A stretch of 64,000 nucleotides of DNA from Octopus vulgaris (taxonomy: Eukaryota), in contig OX597823.1 in the NCBI GenBank assembly GCA_951406725.2, positions 56,854,001 through 56,918,000 on the forward strand, given 5' to 3'. The position numbers and the translations under genes are program-made. Below the pieces are notes generated by a model that made no database searches, was not told the origin of the DNA, and worked only from the letters and a program-made list of their open reading frames with translations. Shown piece after piece: positions 1 through 12,195 of the stretch. How positions within the stretch are numbered: the first letter of the stretch is position 1; every line of letters starts with the position of its first letter.

Positions 1-59
<59 letters not shown>

Positions 60-444
60 TATGTGTGTGTGTAATTGAATAAAATAGAATCAACGGGAAG
101 GAGTACGGTTTGACAGCTATTTAATAACCACCCAACGAATATAGAAAATTCTTTATAAATATTAACCTTATACATGAATTTAACCACAAATCTTAATGGA
201 AAACTTTTGTTATACACCTGCTTGAAATTTGATGGCATCGGGTGTGACAGCACACCTAATACAACAGCTGCTATACGCCACTGACATACGAGTGAGAGTG
301 GACATACGGAAGAAGAAAGCATGTGATAGATTTACTTGGAGTTACACGTAATATTTAAAACTGTGTTTGAAATAATATATATATATGTATATAGAAATTA
401 CATTCTATGCGTGTCTATCCCTCTCTCTTTATCTCTCTCTCTAT

Positions 445-598
<154 letters not shown>

Positions 599-891
599 AT
601 AGATATAGATAGATAGATATAGATATATTTAAGTGCATACAGCAATTTACTTAGGCGTTTATGTTGTTGGAATAATCTCGTCTGGAATATCTATTAAGTT
701 AGATAAGATCATTATTAACAATTTATAAATTACTGATAACTCTTATGACATTTCTTATTGGTTTGACTTTCTTCAGTCTTTTGATATGTTTCTTTTCATG
801 ATGTTGCTGTTCATCTGTTTCTCGAAACAACAGTCTATCAATCTGTTCTGTTTGTCGTCCCTCCTTCTCGCTCTTTTTTTGTTTCTGTCTG

Positions 892-938
<47 letters not shown>

Positions 939-1071
939 ATACATACATGCATACATACATACATACATACATACATACATACATACATGCATACATACAT
1001 ACATACATACATACATACATACAAGCATACATACATACATATATATATATTTATATGTATGTATGTATGCT

Positions 1072-1135
<64 letters not shown>

Positions 1136-1219
1136 TAGAAATATGATTGCGTAAGTTTAAATGAAGTATTAAAATGCGTATGAATGCATGCAAATACTGT
1201 ATGTATGTATGTATGTATG

Positions 1220-1285
<66 letters not shown>

Positions 1286-1328
1286 TGTGTGTATGTGTGT
1301 GTGTGTGTATAAGCATATTTGTACATTT

Positions 1329-1372
<44 letters not shown>

Positions 1373-1445
1373 ACACAGGTATGTGCGTGTGCGTGTCAGT
1401 GTGCATAAATCTTTACACACACACAGCTATATATATGTATATATA

Positions 1446-1493
<48 letters not shown>

Positions 1494-1787
1494 GTACATT
1501 TAGCTGTAAGTTTAATTATGTCTGTCTATATATATGTATGTACGTATGTATGTATATATATGTATCTATCTATCTACCTACCTACATCTATGTAAATATA
1601 TATGCACGCACGCATACATACCTACATACATATGTCCATATATCTATATCTATATAGACTCACACTCACACACACACACACGTATATACTTGATCAAAAG
1701 CTACCATACATATACATCCACATGAATATATATATACATTAAATTAAACCATGTTACACACACACACACACACACGCACACACACAA

Positions 1788-1853
<66 letters not shown>

Positions 1854-2261
1854 GCATACAGATATCCATCTGTATGTAAAATGACACAATGACACAACAT
1901 ATAGATTGAAGAAAACCAGTTTAGCAAGACAAGATTGGAAAGACTATATCTTTACATTAAGAACAGATGTGTGCAATATATGGCGTCCATTAGTAGGTGG
2001 CTTCTGGCCATAACTGATGATCTGGTCACTACTTCCTGAAATGATCAAATGCCACTGATTCTATATTCTATATAGAATTCCTTCACATAGAATTACTTTG
2101 GTAAAAATACGTCTACCAATTTCAAAATCAATAGGTATCTCAGTTCAGTATAGAAGAGATAGTTATAAAGTACTTTGCCGCGTCTTGTTTCTTTCTCGGA
2201 ATAGAGGAATAACGGAATGCATACATACATACATACATACATACATACATACATACATACA

Positions 2262-2292
<31 letters not shown>

Positions 2293-2362
2293 GTTACATA
2301 CATACATACATACATATATGTATATGTATATATATATATAAACATATATAAGCATCTATATA

Positions 2363-2412
<50 letters not shown>

Positions 2413-2536
2413 AGCATCTATATATATATATATGCATATATATATATTTATATGTATATATACACATTCATATATGTGTGTGTGTGTATAGCAGATGTAT
2501 GTATATGTGCATATATATATACACACACACATATAC

Positions 2537-2568
<32 letters not shown>

Positions 2569-2756
2569 TTAGACACAAGCGTATGCATGTATATATATAT
2601 ATATATACATTTACATACACACTCACATGCACACGAGCGCACACATACATATTTTTCATATTTGCCCCAGTTCGTTCAGTGAGCCCATTTTTGAGATGTA
2701 CGTATATAGATACATACATACATGCAAACATAGATAACATAGAGACAAAAACACAA

Positions 2757-2809
<53 letters not shown>

Positions 2810-3016
2810 GTGAAATAGAAAGATGAATAATCTTGTAGTAGATTAATCAAAAGTTTAACCGATACCTTAGTAGCAAAAATCACAGCAGTAAAACAGCACG
2901 GTTGGAGGTACAACCATATGGTGTTGCAACCGTGCGTTGGTGCGGATAATTGAAATTAGAACATTATTGGTGAATTGAAGAAATGGAGCTGAACGCAGAT
3001 TGAACAGAAATCGTTT

Positions 3017-3110
3017 TATTTCATTCTACACGTGTTTCGAAAGGCACAAATTACCAAAATCCGATGGAATAATGGGACCATATTGTGTCTTTCTCTTCAG
3101 GAAGAAAATA
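3017..3110 (-). ncRNA. Type I hammerhead ribozyme motif, apparently intact
   Basis: Minus strand: stem I UAUUUUCUUC, core CUGAAGA, stem II GAAAGACACAA/UUGUGCCUUUC (10 of 11 pairs), GAAA, stem III within palindrome ACACGUGU, cleavage triplet GUA, stem I' GAAUGAAAUA (9 of 10 pairs). Confidence 0.8.
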
Positions 3111-3263
3111 GGAAATCCGTTGGAAAAACAAAAACAGAACAGAGGCGGAGCAAAAACAAATCGAACTATGCTCCTAAGAGCCCATGGCGAAACTGTTTAT
3201 CAGTGTATGTTGAGAACCGGTGGCTGAAGAATTCAACGGGTCAGGCATCGGTCAATCATGTGG

Positions 3264-4330
3264 GTGAGGGGGCGTAGATGTTCTTTGTGACCGAGAATAA
3301 AGTTCTGACTATTTAAGGAATATTGGATGTTTTATAAGGGGCGAGAAAAAATCTACTTAGAGACGTGTGTGTGTGTATACTGTTCTATATACGTGTGTGT
3401 TGGCGTAGGGGTAGAAAACATTTTTTGTGTACGTGTGTGCGTTTGATCGTTCGGCTGTCAGTGGCTACTGCCGTGATGACCGATGGGTGGCAGAAAAAAA
3501 ATATACATCATGTTTTATGTGTGTGTGTGTTCTCATCTAAACCTGCCTTGTCAAAGAAACCCCCCGCTGTGAAGAAACCAAGCCCCGTTTGTCATACAGG
3601 AGTAATTCCCCTTGCAGTGGTTAATCGTAGATATCTTAAAGGCTATTTCAGAATTTGTTACCAAGGGCTATGGGTGCCGGTATTATTTATAAACGCTATT
3701 TAAAAGCCAGATAAGTGTAACGCCGCCAATGGGGGCATCGAAAAGCCGACTGTAAAAGCCCGTTTACCATCCGGCCTCTAGCAAACAAAATATGGAAGAG
3801 TTCGGAGACACAAAGGTTGCACTGCCTTCTGCCCCTATCAACCCACACCCCTATTTAAACCCCATTGGCGGCGTTACACTTATCTGGCTTTTAAATAGCG
3901 TTTATAAATAATACCGGCACCCATAGCCCTTGGTAACAAATTCTTGAAATAGCCTTTAAGATATCTACGATTAACCACTGCAAGGGGAATTACTCCTGTA
4001 TGACAAACGGGGCTTGGTTTTTTCACAGCGGGGGGTTTCTTTGACAAGGCAGGTTTAGATGAGAACACACACACACATAAAACATGATGTATATTTTTTT
4101 CTGCCACCCATCGGTCATCACGGCAGTAGCCACTGACAGCCGAACGATCAAACGCACACACGTACACAAAAAATGTTTTCTACCCCTACGCCAACACACA
4201 CGTATATAGAACAGTATACACACACACACGTCTCTAAGTAGATTTTTTCTCGCCCCTTATAGAACATCCAATATTCCTTAAATAGTTAGAACTTTATTCT
4301 CGGTCACAAAGAACATCTACGCCCCCTCAC
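3264..4330. repeat. Long near-perfect inverted repeat (arms 3264-3734 and 3860-4330, 125-bp spacer), probably the inverted pseudo-LTR of a Penelope-like element
   Basis: Arms are reverse complements with a few differences; mirror ORFs 3365..3703(+) and 4023..4229/3880..4167(-) give the same peptide. The Penelope call is inferred from the adjacent hammerhead. Confidence 0.9.
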
Positions 4331-4386
4331 ACACACACAGCACATATATATATATATGTTTTTCCAACGGATTTCCTATATATACA

Positions 4387-4422
<36 letters not shown>

Positions 4423-4752
4423 CATACATATATAATATTTTTCTTACTCCAGTCAGCTGAGTGATACCTGTTTTTGAGATACACGTATATACATACTTAC
4501 ATACATACATACACACATACATACATACATACATACATACATACGCACACACACACACATATACATATATATGTATACATATATATATACAAATGAATGT
4601 ATGTATATATGCTTGTGTTTGCGCGCGCATATGTTTGCGTGTGTGCGTTAGTGTGCGTGCGTGAGTGTGTATGCATGTATGCGTGTGTGTATATACGTAC
4701 ACACATCTATAGTATTTATATGCTATATATATATATATATATATAGACATGC

Positions 4753-4783
<31 letters not shown>

Positions 4784-5157
4784 CACACACATAAATATAT
4801 ACCTACATACATAGCTATCTACATACTTACATATATACCTACCTACATACATACGTATTATAAACAGTTACGTACATACGCATAGAGAGGCACTCACTAC
4901 TACATTTTAGATCAGACCATATCATGAAGTCAGACAGATAACCGATAATAGATACAAACCAAGATTCAGAAAAAAACAGAATAGAAAAGTTTAAAAAATT
5001 CAAATTAGGAAATCAGATAAACTTAATAGGAATTTGACTTCAATTTTGCTTGCGGTTCTGTTTTTTTTTTTTTTTTTGTGTAATTCGTTTATTTTTTCAT
5101 CTATTTTTTTCTTCTGATTTATTATATTTTTGACTTGTTTTATGGGAAATGGATTAA

Positions 5158-5376
5158 TGCCATATTTTCCGACATAGAAGACACGATGTAATATATAAAG
5201 TGTAAACATGTAATGTAAATATTCAAGCAATGTGTCTATCTTTCCAAGTCCTAATGCATTTCACATGTAATTTATGGTCCTTCAAATTCGTCTTGGTGTA
5301 TAAGTCGACATGCCCTTTTTTAGGGGCTGCAAAAATTAGCGTGAAAAATTAGATTTGTATGCCGGAAAATGAGGTA
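5158..5376. mobile_element. Degenerate pogo/Tigger-type MITE
   Basis: Ends CCATATTTTCCGACATA and TATGCCGGAAAATGAGGTA are imperfect inverted repeats; related ends at 26421 and 43264-43499. Confidence 0.6.
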
Positions 5377-5460
5377 TCAGAAATGTGGTTGTGTATATAT
5401 ACACACACATGTATATATACACACATATGTACACATACACACACACATATATATAGCTAT

Positions 5461-5900
5461 AATGCGGCGAGCTGGCAGAAACGTTAGCACGCCGGGCGAA
5501 ATGCCTAGCTGTATTCCTAGCGGTATTCCGTTGCTGTATTTCGTCTGTCATTACGTTGTGAGTTCAAATTCCGCCGAGGTCGACTTTGCCTTTCATCCTT
5601 TTGGGGTCGATAAATTAAGTACCAGTTATGCACTGGGGTCGATGTAATCGACTTAATACCTATATCTGTCTTTGTTTGTCCCCTCTATGTTTAGCCCCTT
5701 GTGGGTAATAAAGAAATAGGTATTCCGTCTGCCGTTACGTCTGAGTTCAAATTTCGGCGAGGTCGACTTTGCTTTTCATCTTTCAGGGTCGATTGAATAA
5801 GTACCAGTTACGTACTGAGGTCGATATAATCGTCTTCATCCCCTTGTCTGTTCTTGTTTGTCCCCTCTATGCTTAGCCCCCTGTGGGCAATAAAGAAATA
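5461..5900 (+). mobile_element. tRNA-derived SINE family A with two tandem body units
   Basis: A-box-like TGGCAGAAACG, B box GAGTTCAAATTCC, body GTCGACTTTGCCTTTCATCC...AAGTACCAG; homologous copies at 24028, 28418, 42103, 60453 and 63642. Confidence 0.85.
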
Positions 5901-5923
5901 TATACATATAGGTATATTTGTGT

Positions 5924-6117
5924 GACCCCCTTCAGTCATGAATGACCATGGGATTGCACCTAGAAAGACACCCTCCGAGGCAAAGTCCGGGCAAGGTTGT
6001 TTATGGAAGACCAGTAGTCGCCCATGCATATCAGCCTCCTTTCTCAACGCCACCGATGTAATCCAAGGGAAAGGCAAAGCCGATACAGCTTGGCATCTGT
6101 GACGTCGCAGCTCATTT
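5924..6117 (-). mobile_element. SINE family C, 3' half
   Basis: Reverse complement of 47020-47220. Confidence 0.85.
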
Positions 6118-6425
6118 ATTAACGTGTAAGTGGCTGAGCACTCCACAGACACATGTACCTTAACGTAGTTCGCGGGGAGATTCAGAATGACACAGAGTGT
6201 GACAAGGCTGGCCCTTTGAAATACAGGTACAAAAGAAACAGGAAGAAAGAGTGAGAGAAAGTTGTGGTGAAAGAATACAGTAGGGTTCACCACCACTCCC
6301 TGCCGGAGCTTCGTGGAGCTTTAGGTGTTTTCGCTCAATAAACACTCACGACGCCCGGTCTGGGAATCAAAACCGCGATCCTACTACCGAGAGTCCGCTA
6401 CCCTAACCACTGGGCCATTGCGTCC
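6118..6425 (-). mobile_element. tRNA-derived SINE family B, 5' part
   Basis: Minus strand A box TGGCCCAGTGG and B-box-like GGTTTTGATTCC; matches 38915-39225(+) and 15375-15625(-). Confidence 0.85.
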
Positions 6426-6448
6426 ATATATATATATATATACCTATA

Positions 6449-6820
6449 TATTGGATCATCCCTTAAATAAATGCATTTTTTTATACTTTTATTTTTCAAA
6501 ATTAAGGTGAACAAAGTTCTTTTTTAATATAAAATATACTGTCCTTCATTTTCTACAATTGTAGACTTGCAAAGCCTCTATTGGAAAGTTCACTTGTGCG
6601 TCACGGAAGATACTTCTCCAGTAATGTCCTGACCTCTTCTACGGAATTCATATTTTTTTCGTTCTAGTGACTGAAACCAAAGATCGTCGTTTTTCTTCTA
6701 GCGCAGGTGTCGATGAATGGTTGAATGGCCAAATCGAAACTTCAATGATAGTTCCGTAATTCCTCAACACTTTTACATCTGATATTTCCTCCTCCCTTGG
6801 ACCTCAATGGAATATTATCA
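6449..6820 (-). mobile_element. Internally deleted mariner transposon remnant
   Basis: Minus strand encodes GHSTIHRHL (HTH region) and TIVENEGQYI (mariner transposase C-terminus); TIR-like TATTGGATCATCCC at 6449. Confidence 0.65.
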
Positions 6821-6910
6821 AAATGCAGAATCAATTAATTATTTAATTTATTAGCTGGAAATGCTCGGGTTATCTTCTTTATATGTACACGGATTTACCG
6901 TTAGATTATA

Positions 6911-6946
<36 letters not shown>

Positions 6947-7044
6947 TGTATGTATGTATGTATGTATGTATTTATGTATGTATGTATGTATGTATGTATG
7001 TATGTATGTATGTATGTATGTATGTATGTATGTATGTATGTATG

Positions 7045-7095
<51 letters not shown>

Positions 7096-7098
<3 letters not shown>

Positions 7099-7300
7099 TA
7101 ATCCAAACATGAAAGCACAAAAAACAACAACGCGAGGACGTGGAACAAATATAGCATTATTGGACGCTCAGGAAAGAAGGAAAGAAGGAAGGTTTAACGT
7201 TTCGAGCAGAGCTCTTCGTCGGAAACATAGGAGAAGGAAAGATCCAGAGAAGGGAAGACAGAGGAAAAAAAAATCGCCAACGGTACACACGCGGTCACAT
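7096..7300 (-). mobile_element. Short repeat carrying a minimal hammerhead motif (7192-7226)
   Basis: Minus strand GUUU-CCGACGA-A-GAGC-UCU-GCUC-GAAA-CG-UU-AAAC; core has U4C; palindrome AACGUU. Confidence 0.6.
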
Positions 7301-8219
7301 ACATAACATTTTTCTTCAAACTACAACTACCCTTAAATTAAACACTGAATTAAGCACTTAAGTAAATAATTTAACACAGTGCCATCCATTCAATACTTTA
7401 TATCCAGTATTCTATATTTTACTAGTATAGGTTTTAGCAATAAATAACTGTAACTCAGAAAAACAAGCAATCGACCCGATCCGTTCCATTTGTTGTCCCT
7501 TCTCAGAAAATCCTCCTTATTACGTCTCCTGACAAAAATGAATCCTCTGTCCTTCTCTTATATTATATTTTTCAATATAGCTGATTCCCCTGATAGATAG
7601 ATATATATTTTACATTTTTATTTTCTATTTTATACGTTTGCAATAATTTATATTTTCTTATGCTGTCCCTTAAGATCATATCCCCTTAGTCATATTGCTT
7701 TAGTTACCGTACTCACTCACATACTCATTTATTTATTCATTGACTTGTCTAAATTTAATTTAAATTAAGTTAATTCAATCTAGTTCGAATGTTATTCTGC
7801 TCTCCTACTTGCTTATAGTGGTCACGGTTTTTTATCCATTTATTCTTTAATTTATTTATCTGATTGTTTTTGTGTTATCTGTTAATCATCAACGAACCAG
7901 AACCGTGTCATAGTTTTCAAAAAACATAGCTGACCAATTAGGTTGCAGGACTGACCATAACCACTACACACAAGGACTTGTTGATCGAAAAAATAACGAA
8001 CACGAACACCGTACTTTGGTCACCACCTGGTGCCATACTCTCTTTAGTACCAACTGACATCCTACATATAAACTTCCACCTCTGAAATACGGACCATACT
8101 TTCAAACCATACTTTCAAACCCACCTCTGTAAACACAAACATAACGTGTATTTATATGTAAACAAAATAAGAACCACTGCCTAAATTTACCCCTCTTAAA
8201 AACTCATCTTTAGAACGAA

Positions 8220-8307
8220 CTAGCATTATGACCCGTCGTTGCCGGGTCATAGTGCTAGGGTATGTATGTATGTGTATATATATGTGTACATATTACATGT
8301 ACATCTA

Positions 8308-8341
<34 letters not shown>

Positions 8342-9359
8342 TATACATAAAATGCAAAATACAAAGTTATATCTTGATATCGCTAGTGATAACAATACTC
8401 AAAATATATAACAGACTGGAATTGTTAGCCCGTCTCTTGTAACTTCGATCAATTGCATATTGTCCTCCCTTTTGTATAGAAGTGTGGCTACAATCCAGCC
8501 TGCGTCTACTTCGTGGGGGGGGGGGCATTTTTAGTTTTTTTCCGGGACATCCTACGTCCCAGATATAAAGGTAAAAATAAAATATTTCCACTTTGCAAGT
8601 TCGAGTCGAGTACTCCCTTGCACGCTCCGTTGACTCGAACCTTGCTTCTATTGAGGCGAATTTACCGCCTCTGATTAGATATCTTTTTTCTCTATATTGT
8701 ATACTTTATAGGCAATAATCTTTTCTTTAATTTAATTTTTTATTATCCATCTGGACTATTCCATTTCTGCACGCTAATTTTATTTTTAATTTATTCCCAT
8801 TCATGTGAAACCACTTATTCAAGTTCAAATCATTGATGCAATTTTATACCAATTGCTATTTTTACTTTTGTTATGTTACGATTATATTATACTTTAGTTT
8901 GATTTTAATTATTACTTACTACATATAATTCAATTGTTATTATTTTTATTGTTAAAGTGAAAGCATCTGCATAAAATAGAGAAATATTTTTGTTTCCCTT
9001 TTAACGCGTAATACTGAAATAGTGGAGAAGATATGATATTGCTATGGGCTCGCTCTAGGCAAGAAGTTGAACATTTTTTTTGCCCATGAAACTACATGGA
9101 CCCTAAGTAAGGCACCTGTAAAATTTGAATGAAATTGGTTGTGTAGTTCTCAAGTTTTAGGGAATCGTAGTGGAGAAGATATGATATTGCAGTGGGGTCG
9201 CGCTAGGCAAAACGTTAAAAGATTTTTTTGCCGATGACACTCCCCGGACCCTAAGTAAGGCATGTGTAAAATTTGAATGAAATTGGTTGTATAGTTCTCA
9301 AGTTTTAGGGAAACACACAGACAGACAGACACACATTCTCAGTTTTATATATATGAAGA
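8220..9359 (-). mobile_element. Non-autonomous Helitron
   Basis: Minus strand 5' A|TC at 9359; 3' GC-rich hairpin and CTAG|T at 8220; internal ~150-bp tandem duplication at 9020-9311. Confidence 0.7.
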
Positions 9360-10200
9360 TATACCTACCTACCCACCACTGGACTGAAAAACATGAATCT
9401 TGGAAGTAAACACTTGAAGTCTGTGACTTATTTCTCTTTCCTATACCTAATCCATTTTACTAAATTTTACTCCTCTCACACTCTAGGTCTTGCTCCTATT
9501 CTTCTTATGCCCTCTTCAATAAAAAAAAATATATACTGTACCTATTAGAAACCGATTCTTGTATATATCGGCTCTCCTAAACATTTAGACCCTCTGCTGA
9601 AGCTTAGAGGCACATTCAGCATCCAAACTCTGTCTACCAATCCCTTCAGAACACTGAAGAGAAGGAGCTAGCATGGAGGATATAGTGGCCTCTTGGCAGA
9701 AGATGTCCTGGAGTCAATTTCGTCGACTAAAGGCGGTGCTCCAGCGCGGTCGCAGTCAGATGATTGAAACAAATAAAGAATAAAGGAATAAATATACACA
9801 CAAAGACATATATAGGCAGACATGTATAATACATATACGCATACATACAGACATAAACACACACACACGCACACGCACGCACATATATACACATACATAT
9901 ACATATAAACACGAACTGAAATTTAATTTTTTAAAAACAGTTGTTTCAGTTTCTGAATGTCAACAAGTTTATAAAGGTCATACATAAAACTTTTGATGTT
10001 ACATACACTCAACTATTTCCTCCTGCGTATTGTTCATAAATTGAGGTCATATGGATTTTCAAAAAAAAAAAAAAAAAAAGAATTTTATACCATATATGAC
10101 TAGACAGAATCAAATACTTGTCTTTATTGATATACAGAAAGGATGTAGATGTCTGTAAAAGTTTTGTACAGTTTTACTTACCTTACCTATCAATAAATTA

Positions 10201-10479
10201 CGCCCACGGGCACGTGGCGTAGTGGTTAAGAGCGCGGGCTACTAACACCCAAGATTCCGAGTTCGATTCCAAGCAGTGATCTGATTAACAACAACAATAA
10301 TAATAACATCGAAGAATACCTTAGGAATGATAACCCAGGTTCGAAATTTTCCCAAGATACCTGAAGAAGGCTAGAGGGTATATCAGCCGAAACGTTGTGT
10401 TAACAAAAAACAAGATGAGGACAAACATCCGTCGAATGTAAATAATGTACATAATTCCTCATCTCTTAAATATAGAACC
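10201..10479 (+). mobile_element. Complete tRNA-headed SINE with an internal hammerhead motif and a 10-bp TSD
   Basis: A box TGGCGTAGTGG (10215), B box GAGTTCGATTCC (10259), hammerhead 10356-10401, TSD CAATAAATTA at 10191-10200 and 10480-10489. Confidence 0.8.
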
Positions 10480-10699
10480 CAATAAATTATTGTTTGAAAT
10501 TTTTGCAAAAATGCCAGTAGTTTTGAGGGGAGAGGAAAAGTCGATTACATTGAACCCATTATTAAGCTGGTAGTTATTTTATTGAACACAAATAGATGTA
10601 AGGCAAAGTCTTACACCACAGAGCCATGCTGTTTGTAAGGACTTTTTTTAAACTTTTCATCTCTGTCGTAGCCACTTTCAACAAGGCGATAAGTATCCA

Positions 10700-10767
<68 letters not shown>

Positions 10768-10772
<5 letters not shown>

Positions 10773-12137
10773 TTCTTTTATATTTGTTTCAGTCATTTGA
10801 CTGCGGCGATGCTGGAGCACCGCCTTTAGTTGAACAAATCGACCCCCAGGTCTTATTCTTTGTAAGTCTAGTAATTATTCTATCGGTTTGTCTCAGATAT
10901 GTTTGATTAATCGGAAGATAGTAATCAAACATTTGGTTAAATGGCTAACCAATTCTAAAACAAAAATAAGTAGAACCCTCCCAAAATAAAGCTGATATGT
11001 TTCAACACACGAGTTCACATTAAGAATCTTGTAAATCCAAATACAAAAACGAAATAATCCAAAATATTCCTACACTTTAAAGTTGGTAGTAATGTGAACT
11101 GAGCACTGGTTTATAGTGAAGAAGTGATCTCATTTATTGCGGTTCTGTTGGGTGTCATTTGAGGGAAATTGGGTTGTCATTTTTAACAAGCCGAGCATCC
11201 GTATTGCGACTCTGACGCTGATTCGCGATGATTTAACTTTGCACAAAGTGTAACCCACCTCGCTCCCAAAAATATATTATACAAATGATTTGAGGAAGAT
11301 TTATTTATCATTTGTAGGAAGTCGAGCGATCATATAAAAGGCTCTTTTGTTGTCTCGGGATAACGAGACATTATCTTAAAACAATTAAAAATCTTTGCAC
11401 AAGGACAATAATTTTTTATTGACCACGATGAAATGAAAGCTTAGGTCAACGGTCGAGGAATATTCGAAATCAGAACGTTAACAGCCCGAAAAGACCGCCG
11501 TGAAGCATTTTGACTGACGTGCTGACGATTCTATTTCGTCGCCTTAAGGAGTTATCTTACAGCGAGGGCATATCTTAGCAGGCTGAAATAGAAGGGATAT
11601 TTGGCTTCTATTTCCTGAGAATAAAGCAGAAGACGTAAGTGTTCCTCCTATTAGCTCTTAGTAAAATATAGTATGAGTGTAGTATAAAATAACATGAGAC
11701 TGGAAAATTTTAAATTCACTATATTTAGTGGATTGTAATAGGATGCAACAAATAATTCCAGCGATCTACTTTTGATATATATAGCAGGCTCTTCAAGGTA
11801 TTCAGACATTCTCTCATAATCAATTAAGTGCTCTTCTATCAGCCTACTCTGATTGAAGTTGCTAAACTAAATACAACAAAGAAACAATCGAGTGGGGTGT
11901 ATACAGGAGCGTTCTTACAGTACTAAAAGCAGAAGTTATATTTACCTCATATCACTCTGTCATCTTAAAAATGGAACGATGCATTAGATAATATAGGCTT
12001 ATACATACATACGTACGTACGTACATACATACATACATACATACATACATACATACATACATACACACACATACATACATACATACATAAATACATAGAT
12101 AGATACATACATATATATATATATATATAAATATATA

Positions 12138-12195
<58 letters not shown>

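Noticed and set aside
2014-2055. CTGATGA...GAAA-TGATCA hammerhead-like string
   Set aside because: No stem II pairing and no convincing stem I.
3365-4229. Mirror-image ORFs on opposite strands as a gene pair
   Set aside because: They result from the inverted repeat; an indel breaks one copy and there is no recognisable domain.
9654-9700. CTGAAGA core in a possible Penelope-like tail
   Set aside because: No downstream GAAA or stem III; the sequence runs into a SINE D fragment.
10208-10282. Functional tRNA gene (also the heads at 38915 and 46747)
   Set aside because: The cloverleaf stems pair poorly and the heads continue into SINE bodies.
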